Below, one piece after another: positions 1 to 11,228 of a DNA stretch of 64,000 bases (position 1 is its first letter; each line of letters opens with the position of its first letter). The notes beneath the pieces are model-generated. The model searched no databases. It was given only the letters and a program-made list of their open reading frames with translations, and had not been told where the DNA came from. Where the stretch lies: the NCBI GenBank assembly GCA_963718665.1, contig OY970359.1, positions 2,304,001 to 2,368,000 on the forward strand. The letters run 5' to 3'. The translations under genes and the position numbers were made by a program. The stretch comes from an uncultured Phycisphaerales bacterium. GTDB taxonomy: Bacteria; Planctomycetota; Phycisphaerae; Sedimentisphaerales; Anaerobacaceae.

Positions 1-1333
1 CTGCGTCTCAAAATTGCCGCGGTCTTTATAGTTCTGCTGCTTGTGCTGCTGCCGGTAATGGGATTGACTATGACCGGTGACGGCACGGTAAAGGGGCGTA
101 TGCAGGCGTTCGTCAGCTATGGTATGTCACTGACGGCGTTTTTGCTGTCGATGCTTACCATTTTCACAACCGCGTATTCGCTCACAAGCGAAGTAAAAGA
201 CAAGCAGATTTATACCGTTTTAACAAAGCCGATTCGGCGGTTTCAGTTTGTGCTCGGCAAATTGCTCGGAATTGTTATTTTAGACGCGGGTTTGCTTGCT
301 CTTTTTTCCGTTATCATTTACGGCATCACCATTTTATTGCCGACGGTTCTGCGCAGACGAAGCCCAGATGACCCAGATTCGGGACGAGTTTTTTACCGCC
401 AGGGCGTCGGTAAAGCCCGAAGAGCCGGATATTTCGCAGGAGCTTGCAGAGGCGTATAAAAAGCTTAAGCAGAATGGCGAGGTTCCTGCCGGTGTGGATG
501 AAAATCCAGTCGCTCGTCATAATTATATGAATGAGCTTGCTCGCCGTATCGGGCTTAGAAGGCGGGCCGCCGCGGTGGGCGAAGAGCTGCTCATGGAATT
601 CGATAACGTTAAGCCCAAGGAGCCCAACCAGAATTTATTCGTGAGATTCAAATACGATGTTGCAGTCAATCCTCAGGACCTTTCGATATACAGTAAATGG
701 GTTGTCGGTGACGTTCGCCAGCTTCGCCTGGCGGCCAATCTGGATACGCCGATATATTCACTGGAACGAAAAGATGTTATACGCACGTTTCGTGAATTTT
801 CAGTTCCTGCCGACGCGGTTGCGGGCGATGGCTATCTTGCCGTGGCGTTTCTTAATGTTCCTCTTAATAATACGGTTGTTATTTTCCCGTTCGAGGACGG
901 TCTTGAGCTTCTTTACAAAGCCGACACTTTTACCGCCAATTTTATCAGGGCGGTACTGTTAATTTTTGTTTGGCTCGTTTTTCTTTCCGCGTTCGCCGTT
1001 TTTGCGGGGTCATTTTTATCGTTTCCAGTTGCCATATTGCTTTGCCTGGCCGTGTTTACTATGGCCAATATGACCGGATACATCGGTGAATCCTTTAACG
1101 TTGTCGGCGGCAATGTCAGCCCGGTATATACGTGGTTTCTTCAGCCGATACTTTCGCTTTTGCCGCATTTCGACAAGTTTGACCCTTCTCAATTTTTAGT
1201 TCCGGCCCGGTTGTTGAGCTGGTCTTTGCTTGCCTGGCTTGGCTTTTCGACGCTTTGTATCAGAGCCCTGCTGCTGGTGATTTTGTCGCTGGTGATTTTC
1301 ACTTACCGCGAAATTGCAAAAGTTATCGTGTAA
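1..1333 (+). CDS. ABC-2 type transporter permease; 5' end outside the window, one frameshift at about 343
   Basis: Frame from base 1 is hydrophobic and has the ABC-2 motif EVKDKQIYTVLTKPIRR..FVLGKLLG. Removing base 343 joins LLP to RFCADEAQ of ORF 296..1333, which ends in TM helices and FTYREIAKVIV. Confidence 0.75.
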
Positions 1334-1409
1334 CGTTATTATTGGCCCGTGCCGGAGGCATGAAAACATCCGCCGGGCATCCGCCGTAGATTATTAAGTC
1401 AATACAATT

Positions 1410-3230
1410 ATGCGTTTACGTGACAAACTGATTATTGTTGTATGCGTTGTGCTGATGGTTGTCCTGCTGACCGTTGCGGGCGACCGTCTGGATTATATAA
1501 ATTCACAGCGGGTTGAAATGAAGCTGATAAGCAACGAGCCGCTGCAGAATGCACCGCCTTCGCTGGCTTTTGCGACGGTTGCGATGGGGGCGTTCAGGGG
1601 GCTGGTGGTTGATATCCTTTGGATGCGGGCTGATAAGCTCAAGGAGCAGGGCCAATTTTTCGATGCAAAGCAGCTTGCCGAATGGATTACCGTTCTTCAG
1701 CCGCGTTTTTCACAGGTCTGGGCGTTTCAGGCGTGGAATATGGCCTACAATATCTCTGTGGCTATTCCCGCTGAACAGGCGGACCAGCGATGGCAGTGGG
1801 TGAAAAACGGCTATGAGCTTTTGCGCGACAAGGGCATACCCCTCAATCCTAAATCAATCGGCTTGTATCGTGAGCTTGGCAGAATCTTCCAGCACAAAAT
1901 AGGCAGCAACAGCGACGATGATAATAGATACTACAAATTACAGCTTGCTCTTTCGATTGAACCGTTGCTCGGCCCGGCTGATAATGCCTGGTTTGAATCG
2001 CTTGCTAAAGCTCCTGCCGAGTGGAGTCAGATTGCCGCCGACGCGAACATTGCGCCGTTTATCGCTGCTCTGAAGGCCGCCGACAAGAACTTCGAGGATG
2101 ATTCGCGATTTGCGGGCAATTACCTTTCTCTCCGGCAAAATCCAAACAGATTCGCACCTGCCGCTTTTAGGGTAATCGAGCGGTTCAGAGACACAGCAAT
2201 ACTTCGTGATTTCGATGTTTTCGCAAAGGCATGGCAGCTTCGAAACGTCTGGAAACTTGACCCCGTTCTTATGCTCGAATTAAACCGCATGTACGGCCCG
2301 ACAGATTTCAATGACCCTAATTATCACTACCCGCTCGATTGGCGGCATCCGGACGTTCACGCAATTTACTGGACGGTTAAGGGGCTTCGCGTAGCGGGCA
2401 GAAAAAATGCCGTTAAGACGGGCAGGGGAGAGTACCCGGTTGACGAAATCAATACCGACCGGATTGTTTCAAGCAGTTTGCAGAACCTGTTCCGGTATGG
2501 AAAAATCTTTATCTACGATATGAACGAAAATCCGGTCTCACCACAGGGCGGCGAGCAAGTCGCTGCCACTGGGCCGACAAAAGATATATTTCTGCGTGCC
2601 GATTTCAGGATGTTCGATTCTTACAACAAGGCAATAACGGAGATTATACACAAATACAGCGACCCAAACGACAAATGGGATGATTCGCATATGGTTCAGC
2701 ACCGCAATATGCTTACCAATGCCCTGACAATGTTTTACCAGGCGGGTCACAGGCAGAAGGCGCAGAAGATATACGATTATGTCAGAGGGCTGTATCCTCG
2801 TCCGGAATTTAACGATCCGGCCGTCGAATCTTACATCATCCAGCAGATACGCAAGGACCTCAAGACCATCACAATCACCAAGGCGATGGATACGATTATG
2901 CCGATGTTTCGTGAGGCGTATTTCAGATATGCCCTGCGCGATGACGACGCTTCCTATGCCATCGAAAAAATGGCCGAAGACGTATATAATGTTTATACTA
3001 AACAATATGGCGATGAGGCACGGCTTCGTTTGCCGGAGTTAAGAGTAATGAAATTTCTTGCGTTTAGGGATTTCTTTTCCGACGAGGAATATCCACTAAC
3101 AATGCGTCAGACCCTCCTTGCCCGGATAAAAATCGAGCAGCCGAAGCTTGCTGAACAATTCTCACAGATTGAAGAACAGTTGATTCGGGAATCGCAGCAG
3201 CAACAGCAGCAACAACCAAACTCGCAATGA
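1410..3230 (+). CDS. PVC-type conserved protein (often annotated IRE-like), N-terminal TM, poly-Q tail
   Basis: GAFRGLVVDILWMRA...LQPRF..VW.FQAWNMAYNISV motif; follows the ABC permease. Confidence 0.6.
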   Translation: MRLRDKLIIVVCVVLMVVLLTVAGDRLDYINSQRVEMKLISNEPLQNAPPSLAFATVAMGAFRGLVVDILWMRADKLKEQGQFFDAKQLAEWITVLQPRFSQVWAFQAWNMAYNISVAIPAEQADQRWQWVKNGYELLRDKGIPLNPKSIGLYRELGRIFQHKIGSNSDDDNRYYKLQLALSIEPLLGPADNAWFESLAKAPAEWSQIAADANIAPFIAALKAADKNFEDDSRFAGNYLSLRQNPNRFAPAAFRVIERFRDTAILRDFDVFAKAWQLRNVWKLDPVLMLELNRMYGPTDFNDPNYHYPLDWRHPDVHAIYWTVKGLRVAGRKNAVKTGRGEYPVDEINTDRIVSSSLQNLFRYGKIFIYDMNENPVSPQGGEQVAATGPTKDIFLRADFRMFDSYNKAITEIIHKYSDPNDKWDDSHMVQHRNMLTNALTMFYQAGHRQKAQKIYDYVRGLYPRPEFNDPAVESYIIQQIRKDLKTITITKAMDTIMPMFREAYFRYALRDDDASYAIEKMAEDVYNVYTKQYGDEARLRLPELRVMKFLAFRDFFSDEEYPLTMRQTLLARIKIEQPKLAEQFSQIEEQLIRESQQQQQQQPNSQ

Positions 3231-5425
3231 TGTTCCCCTCGACTAATAAACGTGATGACGCATTTGCTTCCGAACTGACCGCTTCCCAGCAAAAGGCAGT
3301 ATTTCACCGCGATGGTCCCTTGCTTGTCATCGCGGGGCCGGGCAGCGGCAAGACCCGCGTCATAACCTGCCGCATTGCCGCTCTCGTCAGTTCAGGTGTT
3401 CCCGCTTATAATATCTGCGCCATCACTTTTACCAATAAGGCCGCCGAAGAAATGCGCCAACGTGCCGTCGCCATTGGCTCATCCGCCGGCGCACACATCA
3501 GCACTTTTCACTCTCTGTGCGTTCGCATTCTCCGCAGATATTCCGAAGTTGCTGGCATAACCCCAAACTTCAGTATATACGACGATTCCGACCAGTCCAA
3601 ATGCATAAAACAGGCAATCGTTGACTGCAATCTTAATACTACCGATTTTTCGCCCGCGCGAACGCTCGACGCGATTTCTACTTTGAAAAACAAGCTCATT
3701 GACGCCGATACCTTTGAAAAGGAAGCAGACGATTTCTTCTCAAAAACGCTGTCAAAAATTTATTCCCGCTATCAGCAAATCCTCAAGGACCTTAACGCCG
3801 TTGATTTCGATGATTTGCTTATGAAAGCGGCCTTTCTGCTCGAAAACAATCCCGATGTTCGTTCGGAACTCGGCAATCGGTATAAATATCTTCTCATTGA
3901 TGAATACCAGGACACCAACCACGCTCAATATCGAATCGCAAAGGCGCTTGCTTCCTCGCACAACAATATCTGTGCGACGGGCGACCCGGACCAGTCAATC
4001 TACCGCTGGCGAGGAGCTGATATTCGCAATATCCTCGATTTTGAGCGCGACTGGCCCAATGCCGTGGTTGTTCGTCTCGAAGAAAATTTTCGCTCTGCTC
4101 CCTGCATTCTTGAAGTTGCCGACCAGCTTATCGCCAATAACCGGAGCCGAAAGGAAAAACGCCTTATCGCGACAAAACCGCCCGCGGGCAAAGTCGTTAT
4201 TGAACCGTATAAGGATGAAGTCGAGGAGGCCATCGGCGTTGCGGAAAATATCAGGCGATTGGTTGACGAAGGCGTGCCCCTTTCCAATATAGCTATTTTT
4301 TATCGCGTCAATGCCCAAAGCCGGACAATCGAAGAGGCCTTCATAAGGAGCAAAATCCCATATCAAATAGTTCGCGGCGTCGAATTCTACAATCGAAAGG
4401 AAATACGTGATTTGCTCGCCTATCTCAAAGTTTTCGTCAATCCCGCCGACAAAGTCGCGCTTCTGCGCATCATCAATACCCCCGTCCGCGGCATAGGCAA
4501 AACCACCATCGACAAACTTCAAAACTTCGCCGCCCGCCGTAACATCGGCTTATATGAAGCGATCAAACACATTTCGAAAATTCTCAGCATTTCCAAAACT
4601 ACCGCCGCCAAACTCACCGCCTTTCTCGCGATGATAGAAGGTTTCAAAAAACAAGTCCCTCTCGATAATGGCGTTAGCCCAAATCATAAATCGAGTGTCG
4701 CTTCTCTGGCCGAACTTGTCTTCTCCGAATCCGGCCTCGAAAAATCCCTCGCCGCCGAAGGCGCAGAAGGCAAGGACGCTATTGCCAATATCGAGTCGCT
4801 TATCAGCGCAGCCGCTCGTTATGACCAAGAGACCGAAAACCCCTCCCTGATTGATTATCTCCAGCAAATCGCGTTGTTCAGCGACGCCGACGCGTATAAT
4901 GCTTCGGTTGAACGCGTTGCGCTTATGACGCTGCATTCCGCGAAAGGTCTCGAATTCGATACCGTCTTCATTGTTGGGGTCGAGGAAGGTTTGCTGCCTC
5001 ACGAAAGAAGCGCGGATAATGAAAATGAAACCGAAGAAGAACGCCGGCTTTTCTTCGTCGGCATAACCCGCGCAAAAGTCAACCTGTTTATCGCTTTTGC
5101 AAAATACCGCCAAATCAGGGGCCAGACCCTCCGCACCATACCTTCGCAATTTCTCTTCGAGCTTGGTCTCGCCTTTTCTGAATCTGCTTCTCAATCAGAA
5201 ATCAGAAATCATAAATCAGAAATAGAGAATGTTAAATCCGAAATCCGGAGCACACAATCGGCAGCTCCTTTTCATAAAGGAGATATTGTTGTGCATAAGA
5301 AATTCGGCATAGGCACTGTGAAGGATTTCGCGGATATGGGCGACAACTCCGTTGTTATCGTTGCGTTCAACACCGGCCATACAAAATCCCTGATGCTCAA
5401 GTATGCAAAACTTGTGAAACTTTAA
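3227..5425 (+). CDS. pcrA: UvrD/PcrA superfamily 1 DNA helicase
   Basis: Motifs AGPGSGKT, TFTNKAA, DEYQD, GDPDQSIY, TLHSAKGLEF, EEERRLFFVGITRA; C-terminal Tudor-like V.HKKFGIG. Confidence 0.95.
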   Translation: MMFPSTNKRDDAFASELTASQQKAVFHRDGPLLVIAGPGSGKTRVITCRIAALVSSGVPAYNICAITFTNKAAEEMRQRAVAIGSSAGAHISTFHSLCVRILRRYSEVAGITPNFSIYDDSDQSKCIKQAIVDCNLNTTDFSPARTLDAISTLKNKLIDADTFEKEADDFFSKTLSKIYSRYQQILKDLNAVDFDDLLMKAAFLLENNPDVRSELGNRYKYLLIDEYQDTNHAQYRIAKALASSHNNICATGDPDQSIYRWRGADIRNILDFERDWPNAVVVRLEENFRSAPCILEVADQLIANNRSRKEKRLIATKPPAGKVVIEPYKDEVEEAIGVAENIRRLVDEGVPLSNIAIFYRVNAQSRTIEEAFIRSKIPYQIVRGVEFYNRKEIRDLLAYLKVFVNPADKVALLRIINTPVRGIGKTTIDKLQNFAARRNIGLYEAIKHISKILSISKTTAAKLTAFLAMIEGFKKQVPLDNGVSPNHKSSVASLAELVFSESGLEKSLAAEGAEGKDAIANIESLISAAARYDQETENPSLIDYLQQIALFSDADAYNASVERVALMTLHSAKGLEFDTVFIVGVEEGLLPHERSADNENETEEERRLFFVGITRAKVNLFIAFAKYRQIRGQTLRTIPSQFLFELGLAFSESASQSEIRNHKSEIENVKSEIRSTQSAAPFHKGDIVVHKKFGIGTVKDFADMGDNSVVIVAFNTGHTKSLMLKYAKLVKL
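5193..5248 (+). repeat. In-frame 7-bp period tandem repeat (AATCAGA-like, 8 units) inside pcrA
   Basis: aatcaga aatcaga aatcata aatcaga aatagag aatgtta aatccga aatccgg, encoding SEIRNHKSEIENVKSEIR. Confidence 0.8.
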
Positions 5426-5459
5426 GCATCTCAGACACAAAAAACTATGCGGCTAATTA

Positions 5460-6539
5460 TTATTTCAGAATCGGGTAATGGATTTTGGGATTCTTGTTTT
5501 TAACCCAGGGCAGTTTTTCCCATGTAATGGTTTCGTTACAGTCGTAAACTTCCCGGTTTGAACGCCAGTCGGGGTTGCCCCATACCATAAACCACGTCCA
5601 ACAGGGCTGTTCACGCAATTTCGCCAGCGTCGGCGAGGCGCCGACCTCGCCTAAGGCAATTGGTTTGTCGCCCGCTACAGCTAAAAGCTGGTTATAATCG
5701 TTCGGGTCAAAGCCGTTCCTATAAACATCAGTCGCGAGGATATCCACCACGTCATCTCCCGGGTAAACGCTGTCATAAGGCAGCACGTTTTCCCTGATTT
5801 CGTTGCAGTTATAGACCCATATCAGATTATTGAGCTTGTGGAAATTTACCAGCCGGTCATAAAGCATCCGGTAAAGTTTCTTCGTGCCATTGTCGCCGGT
5901 CTTGCCGTTCCACCAGAAAAAGTTTCCGTTTATTTCGTGATAAGGTCTCCACAACACGGGTACATCCGCGTATTTCAGTTGTTTCAGGAAGAACGCTATT
6001 ACGTCCACCTGCGATTTCCATCGCTCATTGACAGCGGTTCCCGGCGTAATTAAATCCTGCCATTCCTTGTCAGTGATGTGGCCCTGTATCGATTTCCTGA
6101 AGTCAACCGGTTCCTCTTCAGTAGGAGGCACCGCGTGCCACATAATTGTAATAATGAACCCATCGTTGTTTCGTCTTATCGCCTCATCAACAATATTCTG
6201 GCGAAAATTTATCCCGTCCCATGTGCCCGGAGCGCTGAAGCCGAAATCGAACCCGCACAATGCCGGGTAATGTCCCATCCATTTTTCAATCGTGGGAAGC
6301 TGTGTAGTTACGACAAGCGGCGCACAATGCTGGCCGACAAGCGTCTGCTTGCCGGAAATACTGTATAGATACTCCAGCAGCTTTATCGCTTCCGGCGAAG
6401 CATTGGGCGTTACTGGTTTTTTTGTTACACTTGCTGCCGGCTTTGTTTTGGCCGGTTGATTGGCGTCCTGTGCGCCGTGCAGCGATGTAGTAGCCATCAT
6501 TACTCCTATAATAAGCAAAACGGTTAATCTGAAAGCCAT
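5460..6539 (-). CDS. GH26 beta-mannanase, secreted
   Basis: Signal peptide; WRPYHEING.FFWW acid/base motif; IALGEVG nucleophile. Confidence 0.9.
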   Translation of the reverse strand: MAFRLTVLLIIGVMMATTSLHGAQDANQPAKTKPAASVTKKPVTPNASPEAIKLLEYLYSISGKQTLVGQHCAPLVVTTQLPTIEKWMGHYPALCGFDFGFSAPGTWDGINFRQNIVDEAIRRNNDGFIITIMWHAVPPTEEEPVDFRKSIQGHITDKEWQDLITPGTAVNERWKSQVDVIAFFLKQLKYADVPVLWRPYHEINGNFFWWNGKTGDNGTKKLYRMLYDRLVNFHKLNNLIWVYNCNEIRENVLPYDSVYPGDDVVDILATDVYRNGFDPNDYNQLLAVAGDKPIALGEVGASPTLAKLREQPCWTWFMVWGNPDWRSNREVYDCNETITWEKLPWVKNKNPKIHYPILK

Positions 6540-6541
6540 TC

Positions 6542-7669
6542 TTAGTATTCCTTTATTAATTCCAGCATCTTGCGGTCGAGCTTGTGGCCCTTATAGTCCT
6601 CATATTCCACGTCTTCGCGTTCGCTGTCTAAAACGCCGAATGGCCCCCGCAAATTCCACATTGCGTATCCCCAGCCGACCTCTTTCCACAGCGAAAGCAA
6701 ATCCGTCATCCATTTAATGGCTACGTCGTGAGGCGTCTTGTTAAAGCATCCCCATTCGCCCACGTGCACCGGCACGCCCTTTGCCATCAGCGGCTTCCAC
6801 GTATCAATTAGAGTGGCCCTCAGCGCCGCCTTGTCCCATATCCTGCCGTCGTTGCCTTTCAACGGCCAGGTGGGGACATCAAATGTTTGAAACGCGTCTT
6901 TCGGCACCCAGCCCGCCGTATAATGACTCACGCTCATCGGGTCATACCCGCGTGTACTCTGCACAACACCCAAATCCGCTATGCCCATAATAGGCAATCT
7001 CCCCACGTCCTTGCCGTCAGCCACAATCAGCCGATTGGGGTCTTCTTCCCTTATTCCCTTTACCAATGCCGTAACAACTTCTACATGACGAGTGTCCTCT
7101 TTTAAAGAGGGCGGCTCATTAATCAAATCGAAGCTAAGTTGCGTGCTCGGTATTCCCTTATATCGCTTCGCGAACATCTTCCAGTGAAAGACCGCCGCAT
7201 CAAGCGCCTTTTGCATTTTTTCAGGCGTATCTTCGTAAAGGTCCATTGGCTCCTGGTCACGCCCGTTGATGCAATATCCCGGTATGCGATGCAGGTTGAG
7301 ATTGATATGTATTTTGTATTGCTTGCCTTTTTCCACGACTGTGTCGATTTCTTTGAGCACGTCCGTGTCGATATTATACCAGTCGTTTTTGTCGGCCCAG
7401 TTCCAGTAAGACATTGGTATCCGGCCAAAGTCGAAGCCCCACTCTTTTATTATCTCGAAATCCTTTTCATTGAATTTTCTTCTTTGCGGGCCTTTTGAGC
7501 CAAACCCTACCGGGAAATTAAAGCCGCGATATCGGGGAAACTTCAGGGTTGTTTTCTGAGAATTTGCTGTCATATTTGCTCCTGACGCTGGCGTATCGCT
7601 GCTTTTGCATCCGGAAATTGCAGTCGCCGCGATTATGCCGCTTGTCTTTAGAAAGTCACGTCTGTTCAT
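6542..7669 (-). CDS. GH5 glycoside hydrolase with Tat/lipoprotein signal
   Basis: MNRRDFLK Tat motif, ISGC lipobox, FDLINEP and VHVGEWG catalytic motifs. Confidence 0.9.
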   Translation of the reverse strand: MNRRDFLKTSGIIAATAISGCKSSDTPASGANMTANSQKTTLKFPRYRGFNFPVGFGSKGPQRRKFNEKDFEIIKEWGFDFGRIPMSYWNWADKNDWYNIDTDVLKEIDTVVEKGKQYKIHINLNLHRIPGYCINGRDQEPMDLYEDTPEKMQKALDAAVFHWKMFAKRYKGIPSTQLSFDLINEPPSLKEDTRHVEVVTALVKGIREEDPNRLIVADGKDVGRLPIMGIADLGVVQSTRGYDPMSVSHYTAGWVPKDAFQTFDVPTWPLKGNDGRIWDKAALRATLIDTWKPLMAKGVPVHVGEWGCFNKTPHDVAIKWMTDLLSLWKEVGWGYAMWNLRGPFGVLDSEREDVEYEDYKGHKLDRKMLELIKEY

Positions 7670-7896
7670 TCAGGGACCCCCATTCTTTTTTGCCGCTTTT
7701 GTTTTTCGTATCTGGTATTCTACCATTCCCCGAAACCATGTCAATCAGCTCCTTTACAAATGTAAATATGTCGAAGGCCTAGCATTTCAAATTCATCGTT
7801 AGGATGATATTTGCCTTTGTCTGAAGGGACTATTATAATACCTGTTAGCTGGTTCTTGTAACCTAAGATTGAAAAGACAATGTAAGGAGTCGAAAG

Positions 7897-9450
7897 ATGA
7901 ATTATGTTTGCAAAAAGCATAGAGTCGTTGTGCTGATTATAGTGTTTGTTTTGGCCGGTGTTTTGTCGGCGGATGTCCGGCTGCCCTCGGTCATAAGCGA
8001 TAATATGATCTTGCAGCAGGGCAAAGCTGTGCCGGTTTGGGGCTGGGCGGACGCTAATGAGGCGGTTACGGTTACAGGAAGCTGGGGGAACGGCAAATGG
8101 GAGACAACCGCCGACCATGATGGCAAGTGGATGGTCAAAATCGATACAGGTAAAGCGGGTGGCCCTTATGAGATGACGGTCAGCGGCCAAAATCCCATAA
8201 CGATTAAGAATATTCTCGTAGGCGAGGTATGGGTCTGCTCGGGCCAGTCGAATATGGAATTTACGGTTAAGCAGGCAAAAAATTCCGCTGAGGAAATAGC
8301 CGAGGCCAATAACTATCCACAGATAAGGCAATTTCTCGTGGGACGAAAAGTGATTTATACGCCTATGTATAATTGCAACGGCAAATGGCAGGTATGCAGC
8401 TCTCAAACGGTAGGAAACTTTACAGCGGTCGGATATTTCTTCGGCCGGGAGCTTTATAAACAGCTTAATGTGCCGATTGGTTTGATTCACACATCGTGGG
8501 GGGGGACGCCCGTTGAGTCGTGGATGAGCAGGGAATACCTGGAAAAAGATCCGAATTTTCAGCCGATTCTAAAGAGGTTTGAGGAGACATCAGCGGATAT
8601 CAACGAATTGAAAAGGAAGTATCGGGAAGAGATGCAGAAGTATGACTCGATAGTGCCAAAATTAAGAGCCGAAGGCAAGCCGCTGCCGCCAAGACCGGAA
8701 GAACCGATAGGCCCGGGGCATCCTTATTCACCAACGGGGCTTTATAATGGGATGATTGTTCCCATTCTTCCTTATGGTATACGCGGGGCGATTTGGTATC
8801 AGGGCGAGTCGAACGCCTGGCGGGCATACCAGTATCGCACGTTGTTCCCTGCGATGATTAAAAACTGGCGAGACGCTTGGCATCAGGGTGATTTCCCGTT
8901 CCTGTTTGTTCAACTTGCAAACTATATGGAACCGGAGTCCCAGCCGGTCGAGAGCGACTGGGCGGAGTTGCGAGAGGCACAATTGATGACGCTTTCGGTG
9001 CCGAATACCGGAATGGCGGTTACGATAGACATTGGCGAACCGGATATTCACCCCAAGAACAAGCAGGACGTCGGCAAACGCCTGGCGTTATGGGCTTTGG
9101 CAAAGACATACGGCAAAAATATCGTTTACTCAGGCCCGATATACAAATCAATGAAAGTCGATGGCAATAAGGCCGTCCTTGCTTTTGACAATATCGGCGG
9201 CGGACTGGTCGCTAAGGGCGATTCGCTGAAGGGGTTCGCAGTAGCCGGGGCAGACAAGAAATTTGTATGGGCAGACGCTAAAATTGAGGGCGATACAATC
9301 GTTGTAAGTTCCGATAAAGTTGCTGCGCCGGCTTCAGTGCGTTATGCCTGGGAGAAAAATCCGGTATGCAACCTGTATAATAAGGAAGGTCTGCCCGCGA
9401 CACCGTTCAGGACCGATACCTGGCCTGGCGTTACGGACGGCAGGCGCTAA
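7897..9450 (+). CDS. Sialate O-acetylesterase family (SGNH) esterase
   Basis: GEVWVCSGQSNM, WYQGESN and DIHPKNK motifs; signal peptide. Confidence 0.9.
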   Translation: MNYVCKKHRVVVLIIVFVLAGVLSADVRLPSVISDNMILQQGKAVPVWGWADANEAVTVTGSWGNGKWETTADHDGKWMVKIDTGKAGGPYEMTVSGQNPITIKNILVGEVWVCSGQSNMEFTVKQAKNSAEEIAEANNYPQIRQFLVGRKVIYTPMYNCNGKWQVCSSQTVGNFTAVGYFFGRELYKQLNVPIGLIHTSWGGTPVESWMSREYLEKDPNFQPILKRFEETSADINELKRKYREEMQKYDSIVPKLRAEGKPLPPRPEEPIGPGHPYSPTGLYNGMIVPILPYGIRGAIWYQGESNAWRAYQYRTLFPAMIKNWRDAWHQGDFPFLFVQLANYMEPESQPVESDWAELREAQLMTLSVPNTGMAVTIDIGEPDIHPKNKQDVGKRLALWALAKTYGKNIVYSGPIYKSMKVDGNKAVLAFDNIGGGLVAKGDSLKGFAVAGADKKFVWADAKIEGDTIVVSSDKVAAPASVRYAWEKNPVCNLYNKEGLPATPFRTDTWPGVTDGRR

Positions 9451-9509
9451 CCGGAGTGGATTGTGGCATATACTTTTTCGGGTCGGCGTGCAGTCGTCGC
9501 CGCAATACA

Positions 9510-9908
9510 ATGACTAAGGGAAATTCATTCCCGAAAGCCAGCCGGCTTCTCGCGAACAGCCAATTCAGGTTTGTTTTGGCGAAGCGATTGAACGCTCGCG
9601 ATGAGCTTCTTTTGCTGTTTGCCCGCGAAAATGGCCTCGATTACCCCCGTCTGGGCATATCTATCGGCAAATCCTGTGGAAACGCGGTTGTTCGTAATCG
9701 GCTAAAACGGCTGTTACGCGAGGCCTTCAGGCAAAATAAACAACTAATCGCCCCCGGTTTCGATTTTGTGGTTTTAATGTCGCCCCAGTGGGTAAGGCAA
9801 ACCCGTGAAACAAAGGACATAAAAGCTGCTTTGGGGGCGATAAAATATGCGCAAATCCGCGATTCCTTCCTGAAATTGGCGGCCCAACTGACCTCAACAG
9901 GGGGTTAA
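9510..9908 (+). CDS. rnpA: Ribonuclease P protein component
   Basis: RLGISIGK..GNAVVRNRLKRLLREAFR (RNR motif). Confidence 0.92.
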   Translation: MTKGNSFPKASRLLANSQFRFVLAKRLNARDELLLLFARENGLDYPRLGISIGKSCGNAVVRNRLKRLLREAFRQNKQLIAPGFDFVVLMSPQWVRQTRETKDIKAALGAIKYAQIRDSFLKLAAQLTSTGG

Positions 9909-9966
9909 TTTATAATCTTTAGCCCCTTTGCTGCCGATAAATGCTTATGTGAGCAGAGGTTGCCCA

Positions 9967-10227
9967 TTGGGTCCCAAAACTGGATTAGTTTCGATAGGTA
10001 AGGCAGCGAAAGAGGCGGGCGTATCACGCCAGTCGCTGCAGTATTACATTATGCTGGGATTGCTCGAAGCAACCAAAATCACAAAAACCGGCAGACGGTT
10101 GTTTGACTCAAAGACGATTGACCGGGTCAAACTTGTTAAAAAGCTCAATAAAAGCGGCTACCCTCTGCGGGCCATACGTGAGTTGTTTCTTGAAGGCAGA
10201 ACTGATATGAAAGGAAAAGGGCGGTGA
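9967..10227 (+). CDS. MerR-family HTH regulator
   Basis: SIGKAAKEAGVSRQSLQYY..LGLL...TGRRLF. TTG start chosen after an AGAGG SD; start uncertain. Confidence 0.75.
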   Translation: MGPKTGLVSIGKAAKEAGVSRQSLQYYIMLGLLEATKITKTGRRLFDSKTIDRVKLVKKLNKSGYPLRAIRELFLEGRTDMKGKGR

Positions 10228-11159
10228 GCGATTACGAAACAATGCAGCGAAGACGCAGTATGGTCGTCGGGATTTTTGTCATTGTGGCGGTCATCGCGTT
10301 TTTCTGGATGATATTCAAATTCGGCGACCTGCCTATTTTAGTCAGCGAGATAAAGTCCTACGAGGTTAAAATTCAGTTCCCAAGCGCACCGGGCGTGCAG
10401 AGGGATACGCCGGTTCGGTTTTGCGGTTACCAGATAGGCACGGTAACAGATGTAAAGCCGCCGACTGTGCTCCAGGACCTCAATACCAAAAAATGGTATC
10501 ACCAGACAATGGTAATCGTCAGTATTGATAATCATTTTAAGGATATCCCTGACATAGTACAAGCAAAGCTGATGACGCGAGGGCTTGGCTCGAGCTATAT
10601 TGACCTGCGTATTCCGCCCGTTGACGTTTTGAAGGGAAAGGTTCTTGTTGAGGGCAGTTTGCTTCAGGGTTCGACCGGCGTTTCGAGCGAATTTTTCCCC
10701 GAGGAAACCCAGGCAAAACTGGAAGAGTTGATTACGGGTATTGCCACGTTTGTCAAAAACAGTAACGACGTTATCGGCGACGCCAATAACAAGGCCAATC
10801 TCAAAAACGCACTGGCCAATCTTGCTGATGCCAGCAAGGAGGCCAACGATGCTATAAGCCAGATTAAGGAAGCCGCTGACGCCGGCAAGACAATGCTCCA
10901 GAACGCTGATGCCAGGACCGCCCAGATTACCACGTCCCTTATCGCGACCAGCGATAAACTTGGTGAGGTTATGACCAATCTCGACAGTGTTCTTGTCAAG
11001 ATAAACGACGGTCAGGGAACAGCCGGCAAATTAGTGAACGACGGCCGGCTTTATGAGCAACTGCTTGAAGACAGTAAACAGCTTCATTTGGTCCTGCAAG
11101 ATATGAAAACTTTTGTTACTGAATCAACAGAAAAAGGCCTTACCATCAAGCTGAAGTAG
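10224..11159 (+). CDS. MlaD/MCE family protein
   Basis: N-terminal TM, PVRFCGYQIGTV MCE motif, helical C-terminus with GTAGKLVND. Confidence 0.85.
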   Translation: MSDYETMQRRRSMVVGIFVIVAVIAFFWMIFKFGDLPILVSEIKSYEVKIQFPSAPGVQRDTPVRFCGYQIGTVTDVKPPTVLQDLNTKKWYHQTMVIVSIDNHFKDIPDIVQAKLMTRGLGSSYIDLRIPPVDVLKGKVLVEGSLLQGSTGVSSEFFPEETQAKLEELITGIATFVKNSNDVIGDANNKANLKNALANLADASKEANDAISQIKEAADAGKTMLQNADARTAQITTSLIATSDKLGEVMTNLDSVLVKINDGQGTAGKLVNDGRLYEQLLEDSKQLHLVLQDMKTFVTESTEKGLTIKLK

Positions 11160-11228
11160 GGTTGCTTTGCGGGCCGCAGGAGGTTATCATTTGCCTTTCT
11201 TTTAATAGAAATCGTGGAAGGTGCGCAA

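Noticed and set aside
3195..3215. CAG/CAA poly-Q tract
   Set aside because: Short mixed-codon low-complexity tail; no sign of phase variation.
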